This document shows, in pieces, positions 39,251 to 50,905 of a DNA stretch of 64,000 nt. Position 1 is the first letter of the stretch. Each line of letters opens with the position of its first letter. The stretch is taken from assembly GCA_030704615.1 (NCBI GenBank), contig CM060731.1, forward strand, positions 73,594,001-73,658,000, in the 5' to 3' direction. The notes under the pieces were generated by a model. It did no database searches. It worked only from the letters and a program-made list of their open reading frames with translations, and was not told the DNA's origin. Origin of the DNA: Takakia lepidozioides. Lineage: Eukaryota; Plantae; Bryophyta. The position numbers were made by a program, and so were the translations under genes.

Positions 39251-40779
39251 GTTGGGGGTCTTTGTGTACACTGGTGATCGTGTGAGGAACTCTGTGCATG
39301 TCAGGAATCCAATCAGTTGTACAGTCTGCCCTCCATATCTGCGACCTCCATAGCGTTAAAAAACTATATGTGTTAGCATAATTCTTACTCCCTACTTGGG
39401 TGAACTAAGTAAGTGTTAAGTGTTTAACCGTTAAACACTGGGTTAAACATTGGTTACTCCCCTCTTTGTATAATGACCATGTGTATGTGTTAAAGTGAAG
39501 TTATGTCAGATTCACATCAAACCCTCGTAGAATCTTTCTTCCAATCTTCACTGCTGTAGATCGTGAGCCATGATGGCGATTTTTCCCTTATCGTAGTTCT
39601 ATCAACGTGAACTTTTTTTAGGGCTACCCGTGTAAGAGTGAACTTTAGTCAGTAGCTCAGTTGGTTAAGTGCCACCCAAACTATTTTTGGGTCAAAACCT
39701 GCTACTTGAGGGGTGTGGTGTACTCTTCTCCCCCTCCCCTAGGGTGTCCCATTTCTTAGCCTCCATGGCGCGGTTACTATGAAAGAGGTTATTTTCTCCT
39801 CTCACTATCAAGGGGCCTGATTTGTGAGCTGTCGCTCCAAGGTGTTTCTCTTTAAAAAAATAAAATAAAATAAAAACTTTATAAATATTACTTTTCATTG
39901 ATCCTAAAATTGTATATGGTAAAGTGTTACAATCCTTTAAGAGTGTTACAGTTCTTCTTACTCCCAAAGATTAACACATATGGAGGGCCGACTCTAAATT
40001 GGTGATCGTATGTGTAAAGGTGTGAGGACCTCTGTGCATGTCAGGAATCCTGTCAATTCTTTGCTTCGCCACTGGTGTTCTTTAACTCATTTGAGACGAT
40101 AGGAGCATATGCTCTCGAGTTCTTTTTGAGGCTTCACATCCCGTCCTGCCCACCGATATAAACTCTCTTTCTCTTTCTCGATTCTGCTCACGTTTATGTT
40201 TTGCTCACGCTTACTCTAAATCTGCTCACGAAGCTGTATGGCCCCATTGCTGGTAGAGAATGTAGAAGATGAGGGCGAGTAGGAACGAGTACGAAAGGGC
40301 TGGAACAACTTGCTATGAGCTGTAGAGGCTTGGAAATGGAGAAGAGGGAGAAGTGAGGCGGTCAATAGAAAAGTTGGGGGCAATGGTCGACCGACCAAGT
40401 AGCAGGAGTGTAGTTATAGGACATAATTAAAACGGAGGCAGCTGGGGAATGGGGAGTCAGATAAAGGTTGAGAGCGCCGTCATACAGGAAACGAGTAAGA
40501 GGTGGTGGAAGGATGAAGGAAACTTCAGAACTTCCCTGAAGTCAGTTAGGAGTATCAGTTGTGAGCCTAAATCGGGGTCTGTGGTATCGAAAGAAAGGAA
40601 ATCAGGATATCAGTGCATCTGCATCAAGATGATGATGCAGCTTAATGAGCGACTGAAGGGTGAGGGGATCGTTCGACCACCAAGTTAGGCAGGGATCGGG
40701 AGAGATGAAGAGACCACCAAGTTAGGCAGGGAGCTGAGAGAGATGAAGAGACCGTTTGAACGTCTCTCTCTCACAGCCA

Positions 40780-41270
40780 ACTGTGGGACGTGAGAAAGAG
40801 TCTTAGCCCCAACAATCCTGACATACTGGACCCCGACTATAATTGATGCAGAGCTTGTCTTCTACAACGAGAACAAGAACCTGGTCCTTCTTAGGATTTC
40901 CGACAGTTTCGATTCAAGAGCTCTGGGCTATGAGTGTACGAAGAAGTGGTTAGTTCCTGGAAGTCACCCAATCCGCAGCGCCAGCTGGCTGTGCTGTCCC
41001 CAGTGGTGATAGCTGATAAAGCCAAGTCTGTCCCATTGGCTCCCACCATTGAGACTGTCCTTGGTTCCTCTCCATTCACTTGCTGCGTGCCAAGACCCTG
41101 GAAGAATATATCCAACTCGGACGTTAGGATCCAAGAGGAGATTCTGGTCGTCGAAGGCGTGTAGACCGACTGGACGATATCAGCACAATTGATGTGTTCC
41201 TCTTTACCTTCAATGCGCGACTAAGGTAACGTTGAGCGCCAACTCGCAGGGATACCTGGTCTCCTTCAGC
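40780..41270 (+). pseudogene. Polyphenol oxidase pseudogene fragment (post-CuB, DWL and KFDV-domain region)
   Basis: LWDVRKSL..DILDPDY/DAELVFYNENKNLVLLRISDSFDSRALGYE/YEEVVSSW...VPRP...EEILVVEGV* with frameshifts and a stop; collinear with the C-terminal half of the neighbouring PPO. Confidence 0.8.
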
Positions 41271-42116
41271 TTTGTAACTTCCAGCGTGAAAACAGACAGG
41301 ATCGGCATGTCATGCAGGAGAATAAAGAAAATGGAGCGGCTTGATTGACCTCCCTACTCAGCGATTGTGTAGCGGTCACAGTTGCAGGCAGAACAAATGG
41401 GGCACTGATCTCCTTCACTGGGAAAGAATTGAGATGGAAAACTGAATTAGTCAGTGGACGTCTGAGTGCATCATGGACGGGTGACTTCGTTCTTATAAGA
41501 ACTTTACATCTCTCCAAGTCGGAATGTTCACAGAATGAGAAGTTTTCAAGGCTTGTAGTGCACCAGCAAGCCTCAGGTATGGCACCAATGACTGCATGCG
41601 TGAGGAAAGTATACGTCACAATTTAATCTTCGTCTTTAAAACTATCAGAAGATCGAGTTGCACAAGGCTGGCTCTAAAATGAGACTATGTTCAGATCCAA
41701 AACTGCAAACTTGAAGAGAATCACTGCGTAAAATCGTGGCTAGAGGTTACAAAGACGCGTACCGGACTCATCTCTAGAAGGGTCGCCCGAACCGAAGCCG
41801 GATTTACATTAACTTTACTCGAGATCTTGTCGCTTTCCTCATGATATATGTATCATGGTTCACAGACAACTTTAGAACAGGAAAACATACAACGACTACC
41901 TTGTAACTAGTATTCATGATCAATCTGGATATTATTTCCAGCTCTGATCTCGTTGAGCTGTCTCTAAGTTGTCCCCGGCGATTTACGTGCTTTATTGACG
42001 TTACTAATCTGCATGACACCGAGCTGAGATTCCTTCCGCGCACTGTCTTGCCAGGCGCTTGTGAAGCATTATTCAACAACTTCTAAGGTTCTAACTGGGT
42101 CATCACACGTCGGTTG

Positions 42117-43983
42117 TCATGACTCATACTGAATCCGAGCTGTGGTGAATCGAATCGAGACAGGTGATCCCCTTGGCACAAGAGTGACAACGACATTAGA
42201 ATAAGAGGTCTTTCCCAAGTTGTGCAATTTCATCCCCAGCGCCGCCCGCCATGTTTTGGCAGCACTAGCCTTCATGCCGGAATGTGGGACGTTACTGAAG
42301 GAACCAATAAACTCAGGGCAGCTAATGGAGGTCGATACGGTGGCTTGGTTGAAAAACACAAAGCCGTCAAAACGAGCCGGTTTGGTCCAATTCACCTGGA
42401 GTCCTTCGAGGATCAAAACTTCCTCTCCTGTTTTGTTGGCTGGGGGTCTGGGTACTCGAAAACTGAATGGTTCGCTTGAAAATGTATTGACAGTGGTTGA
42501 ATTGTTGCTGAGAGAGGGAGTAGCTGCTATCATGGCATCCACTTGATTAGGGGAAGTGGTCTTGGAGCATTGCTTGGCCGTGGCCACGGTGGATGTTTGG
42601 ACGGTGCCGCTAGTATTTCCATAATTGACCCAGGAATTACTGACATTCTGGTATGTGTACCTGGCATCAGAGATTGGTTAGTCATGACATAATGTAGAAG
42701 AATTGGAAGCTCTAGACAATCTATAAGGCTCTTTACGTCTAGGGAATTGGGAGATGCTACTGTAGGTGAGCTTTGTATCGTGGAGTTCATGAGAAGAGAT
42801 CATTCTCTAGTGCACATGTATGTGCCTCTGTTTGATCCGTTTATCAGATTTTAGATAGATTTCAAATGTCCAGAACTTACATCAAGTCATGTGTGCTGAG
42901 AGCTTGGGAAATATTCACAACAACCAAACTGGCATTCTCGTCGTAGAACAGGAACTGCGTGTTGAGGTAATCTGGATCCCGAATGTCCGAGCGGTTGCCT
43001 CCTGGAAGTGTTTTCCACACAGTCCACAAACGATCGATATTTGCATGGTGTGAAAAGAAAAGAGGATCTTGGGCGGCCGTGTTCAGCAGTCCCATATCTG
43101 CATATGGATTTATTCCATTTTCGTCAGTGCCGGCCCACATGTGTACTGGGCCATGGGGAGCAGATTCCAGGGTGCCCCCGCCAGTGCCTCCCGGATCCCC
43201 TAGCCTGTATGGCTGCCCGAAAAAGAGAGATGGAGTGGTGGAGCCGGTAACCAGTTGCGTATACATTAGATTGTTGTTTTGGGCCCTAAGCGTTGCAGGA
43301 TTTGAAGTGTTATCACATCCACCGCTGTAGTCGAGATCTAAGAGGTTGGGCGGCTGGCTGCACTGATTACGGTTTGGATCATACAGCGATGAAGCTGTGT
43401 TGTTGACTCCGTAGGTGGCATTGGCGTAGATATAAGGTAAGATGTTTCCATATGGTGGGTATGCTGACTGGTTGTCCCAGTTCCAGAATGGGAGCGCAAA
43501 GGTGTCGTCACCCAAGAGCTTTGCGAGGATTCGTTCATGGAAGTAAAGATAGAAACGGTGCCAGGGAAAGAAAATCCAGCTGTAGTGAACCTCCAGGGGA
43601 TAGTCAGAGTTGGAGAGACCAAATGCATCATCACAATAAGCACAGTGGAGGTTGGCTTGGTTAATCCATGACCTGGGGTCTGAGTCGGGTAGAGCTCTGA
43701 GGAGGGCATAGGCCTTTCTGTACTGAGCAACGTACGCATCGTCCACTAGATGAGCTGCCTTCCGCGTCCTCATTGGCAAACTGCTGCTGAAGTTGAACAC
43801 CTTGATGGTACCATTGTATGGAGGTGGGCAACATCCCTCCCAATTATCACAGTTAGTGAAATTTGGGGCTGGGATGGGAAGTCCATCCACTCTAGTTAGC
43901 AGAAGCAATGTGACAATGACAATAACTGCAAGAATGATGCTGCCAGGAACTGTGGGATGTGAACAGTGTCTGAGGTGCGCCAT
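42117..43983 (-). CDS. PPO: Polyphenol oxidase (tyrosinase family), secretory type, 2 exons, ~548 aa
   Basis: Exons 43983-42881 and 42660-42117 (GTAAGT...CAG, phase 2). CuA HCAYC...VHYSWIFFPWHR; CuB HGPVHMW...HANIDRLW; DWL-like LMYTYQNVSNSW; C-terminal EEVLILEG..RFDGF..EFIGSFSNVPH..VVVTLVPR; N-terminal hydrophobic signal rather than a transit peptide. Confidence 0.95.
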
Positions 43984-45114
43984 GCCTAACACAATTTCTA
44001 TGTTCTCTCACGTGCAGCTCCTGGAGAGCCTTTTGAGTTCGGGACGTGACCACTCTGTTCCCGCAGATGGGCGTGCTTGTCTCTCTCTCTCTCCAAAGCT
44101 CCCCTCTCAAAACTGCTGAACGCAAGTTTGAGGGCACTCTTTGACTGGATGATGGATACGTGACCGTCCCTGGGGGATCTCAATCTCAACCCGATCTGTG
44201 CCAATAGGGAAACTATTCATCGTGAAAAGTGTCGCTGCGAGTTCCGATGGCAAACGATTTCCTTCCCTGACGAGTATTAAGACCGTACATAATCCTCGTG
44301 TACTCGACAGATTGTTGGAGGCAAACGTTTAACCTATGTGAACTCTCGTGTGGAGTGTAAATAAACTGCTCTTTGCCATGATCTACAAGCCACAATCGTG
44401 AAGGCACGATGGAAATAGGAGAAACTTCTTATATGCACGATCAAAAGCTCAGTTTGACAGGTCTGCGACATTGATGACCAGCAACTAAGAAGACCTCGCA
44501 TCTGACTCTCACTTCAAATCCGAGGACGGAAATATAATTTAAATAACCCATTCTGAGTGTGCACTGTGCACTTGCAAGGCTGACTCTCCATGTAGACCTT
44601 CAATTTTGTTAATGGAATGTCAATGTGAATTATGGCTCGCCACCCTTCTTTATTACTTCAAATAGCGAAAATTTCGTATGTCCATACGTCGATTCTAATA
44701 GTTACTGCGTCTAGACTCTATAAGCGGCCGCCAAGCAACTTAATGAGAGCCGCCAAGCAGCAAACATTGCACTAGAGTACGTACTAGGTGAGGCAGTCAA
44801 TGCAAGAATGTCAATGCGAATCTGGGCTTTGATTACGTGCATCGGCACGTTATAACTTGTTCTACACAGACCAATGGGGAGAAGACCGGTAGGTGATCGA
44901 AGATCCTCGAGGCTTAAGTTGATTCTTGAAAGCATCTAGCAAACATATCTCGGGGTACTCCAATGAATGGGCAATCCCAACCCCGAGAGGGCTCACTAGC
45001 TACAAAGGACGAGACAGTTCTATATAGCAAGAGTCATCTCTCTCTACACATGGCTGTCAGTGAGGTCCCTTAGAAGGGAGGCACCAATTTCGTTTGCAAG
45101 TTCTACCTAGGGAC

Positions 45115-45405
45115 TGTTGAGAATGAACGGTCCACTTCAAAGAACATAAAAACCAAATATTTTATCAATTGACTAGGCTTTAGCACAGATCATGCTCTCT
45201 CACAGAGGAGCAGACGGCTCTCCATCCCTCTAAATCTCACTCTGTGCCTCTCTTGTCTCTCCCATACATGTAGTTCCAGAGCAACCTCAGTCGTCTCTTG
45301 GCCAACAAGACGTTTCTCTGAATTTCTCTGAGTTGACTGTTCCCCTTCACTTATTTCAAGGAGGGTTACCGGAATAAATAAATGTTTAGTATATCACATT
45401 GAACA
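45115..45405. mobile_element. Probable solo LTR (~290 bp)
   Basis: TGTTGA...TGAACA termini; near-perfect 5-bp TSD GGGAC/AGGAC. Confidence 0.5.
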
Positions 45406-45609
45406 AGGACTCTCCCGGTCGAAAAGAGCTCGGAAATATCTGTATACAAACTGCTGCAGATCGGACGTTCAACCACAATCATAACCTGGTTGAGTTATAT
45501 GTTGAACTAAATGCAAGTCATCCTGCGGCAACAACAAAGCTTCATTCATACAAATGGGCAGGCAACCTTTGGTGTGCCACAACATGCAATGGTTTTGCTC
45601 TGGGAGCTG

Positions 45610-47210
45610 TTAGTCGGAATTCCTCTGACATCTCCAAAGCCCAGGTGCCCATTTGGAAGAGACCAGTAAAAGCTCTGAAGAAGGCGAGCAAGCATTATCT
45701 TCAGAACCGTGATAAGTGCCATCGGCATTCTCGGGCCCCCTTCTCCCGGTTCCAAATGGCAAAAGCTGGAAGTCCTGGCCTTTAAGGATGCACCATGAAT
45801 CTTTCTGGATCAAACTCAAGAGGTCCTTCCCAGGTAGAAGGATCCCGGCCTATTGCCCATTGATTGATGATCAGCTGGGGTTTGGCTGGCAGATTATAAC
45901 GAGCAGCTTCGCATGTCTCACGAGACAAGTGGGGAAGCAGTAATGGACCCGCGGGGTGAAGGCGGAAGTTCTCTTTTATTATAGCTTGTAGGTACTTCTC
46001 AGGTACTTGAGATTTGGGAGGTCTGATTCCTGGACAAGCCGAGTTTTCCAACGACAGCATCTATTTCAGCTTGTTACATACGCGTTTCATCATAGGAGCG
46101 TTGCGAAAAAGCTCGACCATTGCCCATTCTGTTGTGACCGCTGATGCATCCGTTTCAGCAGCCAACATGCCCTGCATCACTGTGAACAGAAGACTTTTGA
46201 CCTCAAAGCTAGCTCGATAACTGAAGCCAGATTTTTAGGAATCTTGGATTTAACTAGACTTCACTGCACTACAACTTATTCCGAGCTGTCGATGACGACA
46301 GCTCAAGTGACCATTAGCAATTTAGTGGATTAAATTAATAAAAATGAAAACTTACCAAGATCACAGCTTGTATGGTTTCATGAATCGGAGAGATGACCAG
46401 TTCCATCTTCTGTGGGCATGATGAGCAACACATCAGCAAAGTCTTTTGGTGTATCCCCATTCCCTTTTTCCACTGATGCAGCCTTTCTGTGCTCGTCAAT
46501 CCACCGCCGAAGAATAATGTAGAGTGCGACCTGCGTCTCCCTCATACGCGCCTCATACCTTGCAGCTGCGACAGCCACGATAAATATGGAACGTAGTCAG
46601 CAATAATGAACATCCCAAGAAAGCACGAAACTGTTTGTCGATCATAAGTCCTTTAATAAACTGTTGCGCTTCTTTGGACTGGCTTTCCGCATCAACTCCA
46701 CAGTAACCTAGGCGAAGATGGCAAACTGACTACTAAGTGTCGATGAAAGTCCTGAAGGATATGGTCTTATTCAAGTTGCCTAAGTTGCCAGTCTATCATA
46801 GCTTATACGTACCAGCTTTCCATGGATTTCAAAACTTGTGCTTGTACAACAAAGAACTGTATCTGTTCTCTCATATCTCCCTTCAGCAGAAAATCAACCG
46901 GCTTAGCTCATACGCCACCTTTTGTTGATCAGCATGCGGATCGTGATGTTAGTAGCCATCGACGACAACTTGAGGTTGAGGTCTACCACCTTTTCCTTCT
47001 GTAGCTTCTCAAGGATGGCCTTCAATATGGCATTTACCTCCTCTGTCATTGCAGATCTTAACGATTCCAGGCGTTTCTGACTGAAGAGCTCGACCAGGCA
47101 GATCTTGCGTAAATGACGCCAATAAGCACCAGTAGAATGCCCAATGCTTTTGTGATTTAAAGAAAACATAGTCGAAGCCAAGGTCTTTGGACGTATGCCA
47201 CAGGACATGC
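45610..47210 (-). pseudogene. Cytochrome P450 (A-type, CYP71 clan) pseudogene
   Basis: GAYWRHLRKICLVELFSQKRLES, DFADVLL, I-helix AAETDAS..TEWAM, KENFRLHPAGPLLLPH, WAIGRDP..FDPERF, PFGTGRRG with a frameshift at the haem Cys; stops and frameshifts throughout; intron remnants; N-terminus missing. Confidence 0.9.
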
Positions 47211-48849
47211 ACTCAACAGTACATCATGGTCACTACTCTCAGGAAATGGTGGATGAACCAATTGGGTGAGCTGTGATGGTTACAATTCGTATGACTATCA
47301 AACAGCAGCAGTGAGTCATGGAAAACCTTATTACTGCAATTGTGACAAGCACGCCTTTCGATAGAGGTAAGTAGCCCAAGTTTTTCCTGAGCCCAGCAAA
47401 CAATTCCTTTGCAGGCCTGGTGTTTCCCTATTTTCGATCATCCTCAAGTTTCAAGTTTGCTTCCACATGCTGGCTCCATATTCCCTTCGACTGAGTGCCG
47501 ATCCAGAAAGTGAGAACACTCTTCTGTGGGGCCTTTTAGCTACCTTGCACCCGACCTCTGTATTGAATGTGCTTCTGCCTGCCTCTGCCTCATCATTTCT
47601 CTATTGGCATATCCATGGATTTATCAGTATATATACAAATTCTCATGCACCCTATAATAATAATTAATAATTAATAATTAATTAAAATCATTATTTGGAT
47701 TCAAGTAAACAAAGATTTCAGTAGCTTAGTAGCTGCATTGGGGAGTTGTGTAGCCAAGGCGGCAGTAACTATACGATATGAGCCACAATTTAATTCTTCC
47801 TCTCACAAGCATGTAAGCACAGTACTGATTTACGTCGAGCTCTACTCGGTTTAACCACATGAAGAGGCCCAAATTATGTATCTGCTATGTGCAGTACTTG
47901 GAGGCCCCCAGTTTCTGTTACTAATGCACTAGACAGATCTAACCAAAAGGTAGCCCAATGGTTAAGGAATAATATTGAATTACAATGACCATGAAGACTA
48001 AGCTTATGTTAGGTTTATGTCAATTGTAGGGAAGTTTGTAAATTGGCACATGCTAGTTTTGCTTCAATTCTAGTGAGGACTGAAGGTCGGATTGGGGCTA
48101 AACTGGGTGGTCATCCTCATTCACCTGCATGGACTAGAAATGCACGACAAGTTTGCGGGTATGAAAAAACAAGGTTAGTAAATATTGGAACTCCTCTACT
48201 TTCTCCATTTTTACATTCAATTCGTGACTTGCTCTAAGTGCTAAAGACAAGTGAACTTTGAGGATATATGGAATTCTGATTTTTGTTATTGTTTGGCACT
48301 ATCAATAGTTGAAAGGTGTTGGCCCTTTGGGATTTATATTTTTCCCTCAATCAATAAAATGAAGGGGCTTCATTCCCTTTCCAAAAAACAATAAAAATCA
48401 TCCCAACATTGAATTGGCCATTTCAATACTTCAAATGGTCCATTCCAATATTAAATGACCATTTCAATTCTTCAAATGGGCCAGTCCAATATTCAACTTT
48501 GAAGATATATGGAATTGGGATCGTAATCACCATTCTTTATAATTTATTTGGCAAGAGCCAAGCTATTTCAGTCTTACAACTTTTTGAAATGGCCATTTCA
48601 ATAGTTCAACTAGACCATTCTAATATATAACTGTGAAGATATATGAAATTTGAATCTGTAATCACCATTGATTTGTAATCGTCATTTCCATTCTATTCAT
48701 TAGTATACTTTCATTCATTCTATGAACTTATCCGGCAAGAACCAAGCATCGTGTATTTTTTTTTTGAATCCATGTCAATTTTTGGTATTCAAGCAGTGCA
48801 GTCCAACATTATACATTTCTATATTTTGTTGTGGATTTTGTTTTCAAGT

Positions 48850-49330
48850 GTTGATAGTTGGGCCCTACTTCACATAAAGTTGGTTGTAGTCTGCCTCCGA
48901 TTTTGATCGTAGTAGTGATGCGTGTAGGAAGAAGTGGAAAAAACTCTACGACGATTACAAGGCTGATTACACTGCCAATGGAATTAGTGGGAATGACAAG
49001 TCCTCAAAATGTAAGTTGTACATGCTTGTTGACAATTGGATACGTGAAAGAGCAAATGTGTTTAATCATCATCATGATAGTGCGACACATGCAAATCCAG
49101 ATTCCAAACAGTGGAAATGAAGAAGAAGAAGTGGAAAATTTGGGTGACAAAATTGATGTACCAGTACAATCAAATATTGGTGCATCTCGACCATCATCTA
49201 CAACTCCCCAAACCCATGTTGGATGAAAAAAAAAAAAAACAGCAACACAAGAAACAATTAAAAAGCTTTCTCAGCAGTCAAAGTCACTCCTGGACAACAT
49301 ACAGACTCAACCGAGAATGCAAAACTTTTA
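48850..49330 (+). pseudogene. Myb/SANT-like trihelix fragment, probably from a PIF/Harbinger-type element
   Basis: Frame not in the ORF track: DFDRSSDACRKKWKKLYDDYKADYTANGISGNDKSSKCKLYMLVDNW matches the R(S/T)xxxCxxKWxxLxxxYK trihelix pattern; an acidic stretch follows; frameshifted. Confidence 0.6.
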
Positions 49331-50291
49331 GTTACTACATCAATGTTTAGTACAATGACCCAATTTATAAACAAGTTCTAGGTGACGGTTGTCAGTTAAC
49401 AAATAAATTGTTATTCGCTCGACAATCCTACGTAATGGTTTGGGCATGCCCTTCCCATCAATCTCTCTCATTCTCTTACAATTGAATAAAGACTTCGCAA
49501 TGACATTTCGTCTTTAAGTCATGTACATTTCCTCAATGTCTATTGTGTCTCCTAGCCTGTATTCCAACCTGGAAGTGGATCCTTACCATTGAGTTGTGGT
49601 CGTTGTGCGAGTCACAACTGATGTGTAAGCTTCACACCATTCATTTCCCATATTATATCATGTGCTGTAGTTAATTCTTCATATGTCTGCCTTTATGCCT
49701 GTCCTGCACAACCTCTCAAAAAACAACTTGCTTGAAGATTCGTTTGAGCATACATGCAGGGTGATAAGTATGCTTACAGGATGCCACCACCAAACGGACG
49801 TGGGTCTTGCGGTTTAAAGCGCCTGAGAGATGTCTTTTCAGGACTAGAAGCATTTGCTTTTGGTTCCACATTATCTTCATCAACACGCCAGTGAAACAAA
49901 GAGTCGCTTCCTTTAAAGAAAGAATTAAATTGCGCACCAGCTAACAGTAATTTGATTACTGAACCATCCGTAGTGTGATTTTGATTCATTGCTGTCTCCA
50001 TCCATGACCCTAGCGTTGCTTGCTTCGTGGATGAAGCCTTCAAGACAGTCCTTGCAATACCCTCTACTACATAATACCACTCTTCCACTTCATTCTTGGT
50101 CAAGTGTTTTGAGAACTCTTGAATGTCATTTCTGCATTTTTCCAACTTGTCAAGGCTAAACAAGGATTTGCATCTAAAATGGGTTGGCAATCAGTTTATC
50201 CTCAAATTGCGACTGCCTCACAATGAAATGTGGATTCATCCATTCCAAAAGGCTACATTTTGGACTCTTCGTGATTTATAAATCTTTGTAA

Positions 50292-50905
50292 GTGAAAGGG
50301 CGCAAGAAGAAGAAGGTGCACAAACCGACTCCACACACACACTAGCACAACCACCCCCACGTGCCATTGCCTAAACGCGTCGTGGCCATCGACTCGGGCC
50401 GAAATTACATGTACACGGGAGTGGTGTACTCGCCCAAAGGAGAGGTCGCGCGAACGAGCCGTGGGTGGACAAAGTGGACCGGTCCCAAGTAATCCGTTGC
50501 AGCAAGTTGCGGTTCTACACCATGTGCGAGTACCGACGGCAGGCCAAATTGACGAAGAGATGGATGGTCAAGAACCAAGCCGTGACGTAGTTCAATTCGA
50601 AGGATAACGTCGTCTACGCTGAGGTGGCGACTTTAGCGGGGTATAACCTGTACGCGGCGTCGGTGCGGACACATCTCCGGGCACTGAACGAGTTCTACGT
50701 GGTGAATAAGAGGATGAGGGAGTTAAGGTGGGCGACGTGGATAAAGACGGAACGGGCCTACGCGACGCTTGCGAGGGAGGTGATCACGGCGAATGACCTT
50801 ACGACGGTGGTGCACTTCGGGGACGTCTTTTTCACACAACAACCTCGGGACGGAAACCACGCCAACCTCCAAGCTGCAGAAGAAGATAGGACATGAGGGC
50901 ATAGG
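50292..50905 (+). pseudogene. Fanzor1 / TnpB-like RNA-guided nuclease fragment (RuvC-I to just before RuvC-II)
   Basis: KGRKKKK...RVVAIDSGRNYMYTGV / VIRCSKLRFYTMCEY...KRW...LRALNEFY..KRMRELRWATWIKTERAYATL...VVHFGD / FSHNNLGTETTPTSKLQKKI; two frameshifts and two stops; GC- and CpG-rich compared with the flanks. Confidence 0.7.

Noticed and set aside
39651-39672. GTAGCTCAGTTGGTTAAG tRNA-like A box
   Set aside because: No matching T-arm/B box or cloverleaf; not a tRNA gene.
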